NCBI GenBank assembly: GCA_034780895.1 | Contig: JAUZTB010000107.1 | Location: 33,580,790 to 33,644,789, forward strand | Length of the DNA stretch: 64,000 bases | From: Rhynchobatus australiae | Taxonomy: Eukaryota | Direction of reading: 5' to 3' | Shown here: positions 38,761 to 49,929 of the stretch, piece after piece | Numbering within the stretch: position 1 is the first letter of the stretch | How the letters are laid out: every line of letters starts with the position of its first letter | Notes under the pieces: model-generated | What the model was told of the DNA's origin: nothing | Seen by the model: only the letters and a program-made list of their open reading frames with translations | The model's database searches: none | Translations under genes and position numbers: made by a program

Positions 38761-40424
38761 AATCCTTAAGGGATTTCATATACAATGTAGAAATTTCTTT
38801 ATTCAGAAAAAATCTGCAGCAGTGAGATTCTTCCAATTTAAATTATATTTATTATTATTATAACCTTACATTGAGTGGCATAATCACACAGAAGACTCAG
38901 GAACTCAAATCATACAGATGTGAACTACAACCTTTCCCCAGTCAAAATAACCAATGGACAAAGGCAGTTAACATTAAAATGCTTCAGAAAGAATAATAAA
39001 TCTACGCCTTCCATGAGACACAGAAGGTTGAGATGTGATGGTAAATTTTACATTTTCACAGATTGACTATAATTCAAAAGAGAAAATCCACAAAACAACA
39101 ACTACATAGTTTGGGCAGCAACACCAATCTGATTCTAATATCTCATATTCGAGTTAACTTTTTTTGATACGCAAAACATTTGTTAAAATCTTTAATCTTT
39201 GTTGAAATATTTTAACTGCAAATATATATATAGAGCATTTACAAAGAAATTCCACATCCATACAACCAATTTGAAGTGTTGGGGATATGCTCTATACTAT
39301 ATTTGTGAGAAACCATTACAAGTACATAATCACAGCCCAAATTCTGCTTTATACAAGCAAGAAATGGAACTGGCTGATGCTGACAATATTGTTTAAAATA
39401 AATTCTCTTTTCAAAACAAAATCAGCTTCATCCAAATATTGGTTACAAAACCCATATAGATGACAGCAATATTGCTGTCTTGCTATTTCAGCTAGTTTCC
39501 CTGACTGGGCATAATGCCAACAAGGGTAGACCGCCCCTCGTTGTCACTTCTATAGTGTGGCATTTGCACCAACTGCTGTTATTCTGGGCTTCAGGAAATA
39601 TTCTAACCACTGGATGGGCTCCAGTGCTGTGCAGTAATGAGTTGCAGATTTAAGCACTTTGGTGTGCATATGCAGGGACAATGCTATGGTGTGTACAGCA
39701 CAGTAGTTCAAATGCTGTTTCCACAAACTAAAGGAAAAAGACCTTGGCTCACAACACAAAAAGCTTCAGACTTTGAAGAAAGGTAAGTATTCATCTCCCA
39801 CCGTGATCCATATTCAGCCAGCTTTCAGAATGAGAGAAAACATGGCACTATTTGACCTTAGTAGGAAACCCTCTAAACCACACAATGACTTAGTTTAAGT
39901 CATTATTAGGATGTGAGTTATGCTTTTTATAACATGTGGATTTCTATTCAGAAAAGAAGAGTTAAGCAACTGCAAAATTATAATGTCTCTTGTTTTGAGT
40001 TCAGCCTACTTCTTAAGCCAGCTAATATTATACAGGAAATAATGAGTACTGTTTGCAAAGATCATGTCATAATGTTTTCATCGTCCCTTGTACAAATTTT
40101 TATGATACGAAGACATCAGACAAATTTCACCCCATAAGAAAATTACATGAATGGAGGGCACTTTGAACAGAGAACAGTTGGTTGTTCTGACAATTCTCAT
40201 GTACACTAATCCAAAACATTAAATTTAGTTCCACATCCTGCTACACAGTTTGGTTTGATAGCTTTTTTTTCACACAAATGAAAAAACCTCAGAGTACATA
40301 GTTCTTGCATTACCTCATGCCTACATGCAATATGTTGACTTCACTTGTTTAAACTACACATTAAGAAGTTCATTGTGGAACCATGTGGACATAACATCTT
40401 CAACACAGCTGCACATCACATAAA

Positions 40425-40443
40425 CCGCAATAGGTGGCAGCAG
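40425..40443 (+). promoter_or_regulatory. Weaker CTCF-like site
   Basis: CCGCAATAGGTGGCAGCAG: the 3' half AGGTGGCAGCA fits and the 5' half has two mismatches. Confidence 0.3.
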
Positions 40444-40569
40444 TCTTCCCATGATTCCAAACAGAGCAGAATATTATTTCCACAATTTTAATGCCCCTGC
40501 TTGTGGCAGTGTTACAAAATAAAACTATATTTTTCCACAGTATTAGTGGACTATCAGCAAGGGTCCAGC

Positions 40570-40900
40570 GCTGTAGTTCCTAATTACCTTCTTCTTCACT
40601 CTTGATCCTGTGGCTCTCATAATTAGTTACCTGGGGCTGCAATCCAATTTGAAGTGATGACAAGAAAGTGATCCATGAAAAGTAATAAGTTAAATCCAAT
40701 TTCAGTCTGCCTCTAATTAAATGCACATGGAACTAATGACTCAACCCTACCATTTCAGTGATAATGTTAATTAGCTAGGTGGGAGTCTCTTTTGCAGTAT
40801 TCTATGTGTAAACCAAGTAATAGGGGGAAGGGATGTCCATAATTACACGTGACATTTTTTGGAAAATTGTCAGCAATTTGCACGTTTATGATTAGTCAAA
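40570..40900. promoter_or_regulatory. Homeobox-site cluster, CNE-like
   Basis: Five TAATTA palindromes (40581, 40620, 40714, 40768, 40840) and an AP-1 site TGACTCA (40737-40743) in about 270 bp. Confidence 0.45.
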
Positions 40901-42050
40901 TATATTTAGTTTGTCTTTTGTATCTCCTGAAAAAAAACTGTTGTATGCTGTACTTCAGTTTGAAGAATTGATTTGCACTCCAGGCTATGTTTTGCATTCT
41001 AATACAAGAAGCTAATAATATTTTGTACAATATCTGACTCACATAACCCACAAACACAGAATTTAAAATCATTCTGTAAGCCCAATTTAACTGAAAACTA
41101 ATGATGGCTCAGGCAGAATAATACTTTAGTCACTTAAAGCAAAAGAGAGCAACAGCCAGGTGGGCCTAAACAGGATCAACACTCAGACCATTTTACAACA
41201 ATTGGCTTAATTCATACTCCAGAATCGATTCCCCTACATTTTGCAGCAATTATTATCTTTGCTAGTTTAAGGTCTATGAAGTTTTCGCAATACAACAGGA
41301 AAGCAATTTCTACATGTCCGGCAAGCTTGAGTACACAGAATTAAATTCAGTGAGTCTAATACCCCAACAATCTATGTGAGTGTGTTGGGGTGCGCGCACA
41401 CACACACACTTGCATGCACTTAAAAGAATACAATTGTTCATATCCAGTCACATTTGAGATGACAGTGGTGGATTGAAGAGGTATCCAAGTAGAATTTTAA
41501 TTGTCAANNNNNNNNNNACCTAATTACTCCCATGAAAGTCACTTATTTTACTTGGTGAGTTGGTGAAGTCGGACAATGGTCAGCAATACGAGCATCTTAT
41601 AATAGTCAGCTGAGTTACTCAGCTGATCATGAATTGCTTCAATATTAACCCTCCATCTGCAGTGACCCTGGTGCTTGAATCCTTCAAATTAAAAACATGA
41701 AATCACCAGAAAATCCTTCCCCCACGTGTTTTAATCACTATCAGATGTTTAAAGATCATTTATTTTTAAACCACTGCATCTATAGTTAGTCTTCAAAGAA
41801 GGTGCAGTGAAGAATTAATCCAGTGAGAATTTTAAATAGATCCTACGCAGAATTGCTGTTCAACACTAAATTATTTGAATTCATCAATTCCACAATTAGT
41901 TTGGGGTGGAGGTGTGGGAAGAACAGGATAAGGCTACCATTGGCCACTAAGATCTTGGGTTATTAATCAGAAAGTTAGCCAATTCCATGACTCATACACA
42001 AATTCTCTGTCTTAGGATGTTACTGGAGGACAGGGCATTCATCCATCTAT

Positions 42051-42348
42051 TGGACGAGACATTAAACTGAAACCCTGTCTGCTCTTGAACATAACATGAC
42101 ACCATTTCGAAGAAGAGCATGGGAATTAGCCCTGGTGTTCTGGCCAATATTTATCTTTCAACCAACATCACAGAAACAGTCATAAGAAAATGATCACATT
42201 GCTATTTCTGGAAGACTGCTGTACATAAAGTGGCAGCTGCATTTCCTATATAACAGCAGTAACCACCCTTTAAGGTACTTCATTGGTTGTAAAGTGCTTT
42301 GGGATGTCCTGTAAGGAGCATGAAAGGCACTATACAAACACAAGTCTT
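42051..42348 (+). mobile_element. DeuSINE (SacSINE1/AmnSINE1-like) with well-preserved Deu domain and tail
   Basis: CCATTTCGAAGAAGAGCATGGGAATTAGCCCTGGTGTTCTGGCCAATATTTATCTTTCAACCAACATCAC...GTACTTCATTGGTTGTAAAGTGCTTTGGGATGTCCTG...TGAAAGGCACTATACAAA. Confidence 0.9.
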
Positions 42349-43294
42349 ATAGTGTTTCTTTTAGGACTGGAGTTCAGAGAGGCACACCGTACTAAGTTGA
42401 TAATAAATTTTCAACAAAAATCTCATAACTATCATATTTTTGTTTCTTATACTTTTAGTTTGAAATTGTCCTTACTCATATAAATCTTCCCCTGCTATAA
42501 ACATTTTGCAATCCTAGTTCAATGCAATTATATTTAAAACTGTTTAAGGAAATGCAGAAGCTTACTTCTCTCATGTACAGTTTTATTGTGTCATTAAAAA
42601 AGGCAACAATGCACATTACTGAATTACATTTAATATAACATCAATGAGAACAACAGAACACAGACCGGAGATATCAATCATTAAATAGAGGGTGTATACA
42701 TTTAAATATAAATGTTAAATATCCAAGTTAGCATCACAATGATGGAAAGGTGCACTTAATTCAAATGACTTCATAAAATATTAATAATGACATTCNNNNN
42801 NNNNNNNNNNNNNNNNNNNNNNNNNNNNNNNNNNNNNNNNNNNNNNNNNNNNNNNNNNNNNNNNNNNNNNNNNNNNNNNNNNNNNNNNNNNNNNNTGACA
42901 TTCAGTTTGATCATCAAGCTTTCATAAGAATCAACAGTTAACTTAAAAAAAATCTTCCACTTGGTGGCTACTGTTGATCTCTGTAACAAAAGTTCCTAGC
43001 TTGGGTATAAAAAGTGATTAGTTTTGGTCCTTTCAAATTATTTGCATCCTCACCAACATACTGAAGGAAGTTATTTTTAATTTTCCTTGGGAATTTTCAA
43101 AAACATTAGCACAACAAAGCAATTCTTTGGTGTCTAATGTCCAACCTATTAAACGATAGCTCATTAAGTGATGACTATATTGTCATTCCATTAAATATGG
43201 CACATGACAGTTAGGCCAAGCTGTACATGGGTTCCATCCAAAAAAGAACTAAGTACACACATTATGCATCATCTATATAAAATAATACACTTAC

Positions 43295-43384
43295 CTGTAG
43301 GGTTGGTTGCTTGTCATTTCCCTTGGGAGACTTCAACCCACTAGCTTGTTGCTGTAGCAGAAGCTGCCGTGCAACTTGAAGAGC
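43295..43384 (-). CDS. FOXP1: Internal coding exon (90 nt, phase 0/0) of forkhead box protein P1, N-terminal Q-rich region
   Basis: Minus strand reads ttctctttttatgtag|GCT CTT CAA GTT GCA CGG CAG CTT CTG CTA CAG CAA CAA GCT AGT GGG TTG AAG TCT CCC AAG GGA AAT GAC AAG CAA CCA ACC CTA CAG|gtaagt = [30 protein letters not shown]. Human FOXP1 has [34 protein letters not shown] and FOXP2 has [31 protein letters not shown] at position 4 and NDKQPxLQ favour FOXP1. Confidence 0.93.
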
Positions 43385-44704
43385 CTACATAAAAAGAGAA
43401 TAACATTCACCTTTTAACCATAAATACACCCAATGGGACAGTTTACTACTCCATAATACAAAGAAGAATAACAGCAAATAGTGTTGCATACCATTTGTTT
43501 TATCATCAAAAACTACAAGTTAATAACATTTAAACAGATAAACCAAATTTATTTCCATTGATGGCAGTGCCACATATAATTCTGCAGCATTAAATTCTGC
43601 AAGTCTCTTTAAAGCTAACAGTGCTTTTATTGAACATAAATGTGCATCAACAAAAAAAAATCTGCATTTCAATGTCTCTTTTTCCACTAATATTTCAGGC
43701 TATATTGATGGATGGTTGTCATTTGATATGAAATTTTCAAAGGGAACAATACATTATGAAAAGCTGGCTAGCACGTTCCAGAACAGCTAAGCCAAAGAAT
43801 CCCTTGTGGCTGTGAGTGGGAGAAAAATAAAATGGGACATTGCAAAATGTTCTACAAACTAAAAGAAAAACAAAAATTGTAAGAACAATCCTAATACTAT
43901 GAAAAGTTAGATCCAGATAAAATTATTGGCCAAATCATATGTGTTCACAAATACAATGCACTCTGGGGTACATCAGAAATGAATTAAAAAAATTATGACA
44001 TAATATCAAAACCAAAATCATACCCTAGATTGTTGGCTTTAAAAGAGTTCAGATGCACTAAAACATAGACTGGCTGCTGGAAAGTAAAACCCGGCACAGT
44101 TGTTTTATGCCCAAGCTACTCCCTTTTCCTTCTGATAAATAATCAAACAGAGACTGTCCAGAATAAACAAAACCAATAAGCTGGGAAATTTGATGGCCAT
44201 CAGAACTATGAAGATACCAACAGAAAGCAACTCATAGTTCCCACAGTGACTTAGTTCCACACCTACATCAGCATAACATCTGAGTAAATAAATTCAGTCA
44301 CTCTTTCCATTCCCCTCCCCCATGTGATTACTCCTACTAGAAAACAGTTCAGATCAGTTTCAAATATCGGACCACTGTTAAGCACAAAAGACAATTTTAA
44401 TGCAGTTGGATTTTATTTTGCCAATATGTTTTGTGCATGCTTTAACAGACTGCATATTCTTTGTTACCATCTGTTATTTGACTCTATTTATCATGACTTT
44501 TTAGTTATACACTCATATACAACACAAATTGATCAAATATAAACTAATTCTTCGTAACATTTTCCTTACTCCTCAGCATGACCTAATTTACCACCAATTT
44601 AAGGTTAAATCGTAACATTTGCATCTTTCGACAACTCCCTTATTCAGCTCATCAGTATTGTTTCATGTGATAGATTTAATTCTGGATATGACACAAACAA
44701 TTAC

Positions 44705-44900
44705 AGAGAAAGTGGGGAAGTTTACCGAAAGAGCTTAGTGCCTCTAAATTTCCGTCGGCTTGCAGTTGTTCTTTGGCTGTTGCTGTAGAGCGGGGGTTGA
44801 AGAATGGTGTAAAGATGTTGAATAAACAGGAAGTGCTGTGCAGCTGAAACACACTGAAATGAAAATATACTGGAAGGCTGCCCTTTCTGGCCAGCTAAAA
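44705..44900 (-). other. FOXP1: Probable homolog of the FOXP1 alternative first exon/internal promoter, non-coding here
   Basis: Three minus-strand frames give FQCV, HSTSCLF and HHSSTPALQQQPKNNCKPTEI*...TFS|gtaatt. These are colinear with the remembered human FOXP1 isoform N-terminus MFQCVFSSSVLQPHSTSCLFKHLFYHSATPASQKQPEPIYSKKTEIQRQTVRAPFAKLFIFS, which splices to ALQVARQ. A GT donor sits at the equivalent point (44703-44704). Confidence 0.7.
44821..44835 (+). promoter_or_regulatory. FOX:ETS composite motif AATAAACAGGAAGTG
   Basis: Forkhead core TAAACA overlaps ETS core CAGGAAGT. E-box CAGCTG at 44841-44846 and a further forkhead site ATAAACAA at 44945-44952. Confidence 0.6.
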
Positions 44901-45752
44901 AGGCCCGTTTCCACAGTAGCAATACCCACATAAGTAAATGAGAAATAAACAAAAAAGTACAATACCCATCTTGACTTTGCTCTCAAATTTATCCTTGATT
45001 CTACTCATGATAATGCTCCCTTCTGTCAGGTGTGTGCCTCTATACAAACATCTTCCAGCATAGAAAACTAGTGCTGCTTTGCAACACTCCAAGGCTAGAC
45101 AGCTTGTAAAAAGATGAGCTGCCACACAAACGTTTACAATATAACTGGAACAAAATTCCTTTAGAAATCTTAGTTCTGTTGTGGCAACTGCCTGCTGGCT
45201 CACAGGGACTGATTTGTTATTTTGCACAGTCTCAGCCTGTCTGTCATCCTGGGTGCTAATGCTCCAGTAAAATAACTCATTGGGAGCTGTCATAGGGATG
45301 TTTACACAAGACTATTCCTTTCTTCATACAAGGAAATTTTTTTCTGGAACTCATCTTCTTTTGATCTCACATTCAAAGCAACACCACCGTGATAGACATA
45401 CAAGTCTTAAAGCAAATCCAGACACCAGAGATAAACTACCAAAGGCTGACAGACAGCAGCAACTAAAGCTCACAAATGTGGGTAACAGCATGTTGTCTGA
45501 GTATGTATTATGACAAACCCAAGACGTATATTAGGTGGAGTTGACTGTTCGTATATTAATGTTCAGAAAGGCAGGATCATATGACCAATATGCTGCTTAG
45601 TAAAGCACAGGGAGCATAAGTCATAGTGACTATATCACAATATTAGAAGTTTTTATGGTTTTAAACTGATAATCTACAAAAACTGGATTCTGAAAATATT
45701 AAAGAGAGGTTGCAGTGCACATGTGCCAAAATGTAAATATTAGAGACAACTA

Positions 45753-47640
45753 AGAAACATAAGAAATAGAATCAGGAGTGGACCATTTGGCCCCTCAATG
45801 CTGATCTCCCTATCCAATGAATTTGTTACTGATCCTTTACCTCAGCACCACTTTTGTGTACTAATCCCTTTTCACTTGATTCCATTAATATCTAAAAATC
45901 CACCTCAACCTCTATCTCAAATGTACTCAACAACTGGGTCCTCTGGGATACAGAATTCCAAAAATTCGCTGCCCTCTAGGTGAAGAAATGTTTGTCTCAT
46001 CTCAGTCCTGAGTCACCAAACCCCTCTGCTGAGCCAGTGACTTCCAATTCTAAAGGCACCTAGCCAGGCAAAGCATTATTCCTGCATCTATCCTGTCAAG
46101 CCCTGTAAGAATATTACACATTTCAATGAGGTCACCTCTCATTTTTCTACACTAAAGAGAGAATAGGGAGTGGTCTGCTTAATCTCTCTTCATGGGGCAA
46201 ACATCCCAGCCCAGGAATCAATCTGGTGAACCCTCCTTGTAGTTCCTCTCTGCATGTTCTCCCTCATCAGATAGAGAAGATCAGACTTTAATATAATATT
46301 CCAGTTGTAGCCTAGTACTCAAATCCAACATATAATTTGCCTTTCTAATTGCTTGCTGAAGCTGCACGTTAACTTTCAGTGATTTGTGTACAAGAATACA
46401 AAGTGTGTTGTTTTGCGCTCGTTACTATATATTGTTCTGTTTATTGCTACTTTATTTACTGTTTGCTCTGTGAGCTTCACGCAAGCAAGGAATTTCAATG
46501 CACCCTGACGTATATGACAATGTAATCTGAATCTGAATTGAAGTCCCTCTGAATATGAACATCTTTGTCTTTCATTATTTCAATAACCCTACTAGTCATA
46601 GCATCCCAAGTCAAAGACAACCCCATCTATTCTTCTGTTTTCTGCCTGTTAACCAATCCTCAATCTCAATGTTTTCCCTGATCACTAGGTGCTATAATTT
46701 TGTTCAGTAACCTCTTGCACGGCATCATATAGGTCTTCTGAAAGTCAAAATTTATCAAGCCACTGGTACTCCTCATCTGTTCTGCTAGTTACAGCTTCAA
46801 AATATTCCAACAAGATTTATCAAACAGGACATCCCTTTCATAAATCCATGATGACTCCATTCAATCCTATTTTTATTTTCCATGGGCCTTGCTAGCAGAG
46901 TCTTAATAATAGATTCCAGCAATTTCCCAACTACTAACGTCAGGCTAATTGGTCTGTGGTTCCAATTTTTCTCCTTTTCTTAGATAATGGGGTCACATTT
47001 GCTACTTTCAAACCTGAGAGAATCATATTAGGATCTTAGGAATTTTGGAAGTTGCCAAACAATGCATATTATCTCCATAGATATCTCTTTCAATACCTTG
47101 GTGTGCCAATTATCAGGTCCTGGGATTTATTGGCTGATTAGTTTCCATAATACTTTTTTTTAAATTGATGGCAATCTCTTTCAGCTCTTCTTTCACTCTA
47201 CAATGGTTGTCCTCCACTCCTTCTGGGAGTTTTTCCTGTGTTTTCTTCCATGAATACAGATACTTAATATTTGTGCCATTTCCTTAGTCCCCAATATATT
47301 TTTTCCTGTCACAGTCTGCAAGGGACCCACATTAACTTATGCTAATCTTTACCCTTTTCTACCCTATAGAAGCTTTTAAAGTCTGTTTTAGTGTTTCTCA
47401 CAAGAATATTGTATTTTACTTCCCTTTTGAATATCAATTTCTTGGACTTCCTTTACTGAAATATGAAATCTTCCCAATTCTCAAATTTATTGCTCTTTCT
47501 GCCAACATTATCAACTTTTTCCTTTGATGTAACTCTGTCTTTAACTTCCCTTGTTAGCCAAACCTAGAGCACTTTTCCTGTTGAGTGTTTGTGTGTTATA
47601 AGGATACATATTTGCTGTTAACAATGTTTTAATTCCTTAA
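45753..47640 (-). mobile_element. Long CR1 LINE fossil, with a short plus-strand LINE tail inserted at ~46400-46540
   Basis: Tail GAAACATAAGAAATAGAATCAGGAG, CCAGGAATCAATCTGGTGAACC (rc RFTRLIPG), TTTCATAAATCCATG (rc HGFMK), and CAGGCTAATTGGTCTGTGGTT (rc NHRPISL). Confidence 0.85.
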
Positions 47641-47779
47641 ATAAAAGCTGTATATAAACAGTTTATATCTATGTTGCTACATTTCAATAGTTTTGCAACA
47701 ATCTGGGAAAACATGTGAGAAGGCCATAGGCTTCTTCCCATAACATTTGATGCCAATATTGACTTTAAATTTGGAAGGA

Positions 47780-47797
47780 CGTGCCATCTAGTGGCTT
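47780..47797 (-). promoter_or_regulatory. CTCF site
   Basis: Reverse complement AAGCCACTAGATGGCACG is a full match to the core CCASYAGRKGGC. Confidence 0.6.
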
Positions 47798-49929
47798 GAG
47801 TGTGAATGAAAGAAGTAATACAGATCCATAATCTATATCTGAACTCTGTAATAAACTTGTACCAAAAAAGATGCAGAGTCAGAAAGTTCAGTTCCTTCAG
47901 TACTTTTCCTGAAAATGTAAAATCTTCATGACATATACTTCATGGATTCCAGCACCTTCGTTATTCAAACCATTATTCAATCAGCAGTGAGTGATAACAG
48001 CATGCTTATCTGTCTCAAGCATACTATTCTCATTCAATGTTCATATATGTATACTTCATAGCTGGGATAGCTGTATGGCAAATCAAGAGCAGGAACCTTG
48101 GTTGATATTTCCTCAGACTAACTTGGACTCATTCAGGTCAATTTGTAATGCTCTGTCTACTATTGCTGCTAATGTTAGCTAACTTAGCACATTTGAAGGA
48201 TCAGACTTGGGAGGCATTCTGCACTGAATGGTTTACTACCAAATCACACAGTGCACACATCCAGGTCCATCAAGGACAGNNNNNNNNNNNNNNNNNNNNN
48301 NNNNNNNNNNNNNNNNNNNNNNNNNNNNNNNNNNNNNNNNNNNNNNNNNNNNNNNNNNNNNNNNNNNNNNNNNNNNNNNAATGGTTTACTACCAAATCAC
48401 ACAGTGCACACATCCAGGTCCATCAAGGACAGCTCAGACAGAACATTCTTATTGGCCAAGGTGGTTATTTCATTTCATATTTAAAACTGAGTAATAACAT
48501 GCTGACAATAAATATATTCATGTGATTTTATATAGAAAGCAGGAGAAGCAGTTTCAATTCTATAGCCTGATGCCATCGTTTTTGTTGATGCTAGCATTTT
48601 AGTCTTTGGCTTTAAATTTGCTTTATTATTTTAAATAGATAATATACAAACAATGCAAGTCTAACTCTATAATTTGCTGTTGTGTAGATATTGACAGAAT
48701 TCCTTTACTCTTAGCTAGGTTACAACCTTGAATACATATTCAATGGCTATTCTCTATCAAACACTGTGTTACTTTATGATGATGCAAGCATCAGCAAAAT
48801 TAGAAGCTATCATAAAACAATCAATATTAAAATTTTTGCAATCTGGCTCAAAATTTAATTAAGCAGAACATTATTATTTTATAACAAAATAACCTCAAAA
48901 AATGTAACAACTTAATTTCCTGCACTATACAGTGGTTTTTCACCATTTTTTGTCCCAGGTTCAAATACATTCCTAAAAATAAGAAAAGTAAGACAAGGCA
49001 TGGGTACGTCACACCAGTTAAATGTAAGATGGTGAATTCCACTCTTTAGAGATAACCTAGGGCTTGAGACAGGCAAATCTGGAACACGCACTACCAAGGC
49101 TTTGGAGCCTGAACTTCGCCCTCAGTGGACTGTTTGAGGAGACTTGTACCTAGTGAAGTGTAAAAATAAAAACAGATGAAAAATGGAAGTAGGGATGTGA
49201 GGGGCTTGAAGTCAACACAGCTGTAGCACCAAGGCTGTGCTTTAAAAAGGTGCACACAAATGAGTGAAGTTACTTCCTAGAACAAAAGCCATTTAGTGTT
49301 CTTGGACAGTTCCTAGTGCCTGATTCAAAGGCAACATTTACAAATGAAAGGATGGACAAAAGAAGCAAATATAAAGGACTGAAGACATTTTTGCTTAAAA
49401 GGGAGTGGCAAAACCAAAATGTTAGTAAAGAAAATTAAAGAAAAAATTATGAACAATACAGCAATAAAATAGATGTCAGGCAAGACAAAGATAATAAAAG
49501 AATTACAAACCAAGATTGAAGAGGCAAATAAATGAATTCAGTTATCACGTGTTCTCAAGCCAAGATAGTACAAGGCTGATTAAATTTTGGATCTCAATTT
49601 TAAATTCCTGTATTTGATTCCATTCTTGGTTTTATCCTCCTTTACCTCCATAAGCTTCCCCAGTCCAGAAAGTACTTAAAATCTCTCTGCTCCTACCGTT
49701 CTGGCTATGTGCATCAATTCCTCTTTAATTATAAGCAAAGTCAAAATTTGTTACAAAGAGTAACTAACTACATGAAGCTCAGGGAGATGAGCATTTTACA
49801 GACTCCTTTTGTTTGCCATTTTTACAAAGACATACACAAGAGCTTCCAGGAGCATTGCAAATTAACAATCTTACTCATCTGACCGCATTGACTACTGCAG
49901 CAGTATTAATGTGGTGGACCACAGTTCAC

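Larger units (their letters stand above)
1..43294 (-). other. FOXP1: Large FOXP1 intron downstream of the ALQVARQ exon; the next canonical exon (VPVSVAMMTPQ...) is not seen in the window
   Basis: GTAAGT donor at 43289-43294 (minus). No recognisable next FoxP exon found by eye, although one could lie in an N gap. Confidence 0.75.

Noticed and set aside
40631-40636. Possible 6-nt microexon ttgcag|CCCCAG|gtaact (minus)
   Set aside because: There is no adjacent polypyrimidine tract and the donor is only moderate; it is better explained as chance inside an enhancer-like block.
44895-45293. 132-aa minus-strand ORF upstream of the alternative exon
   Set aside because: It stops before the donor and has no recognisable homology.
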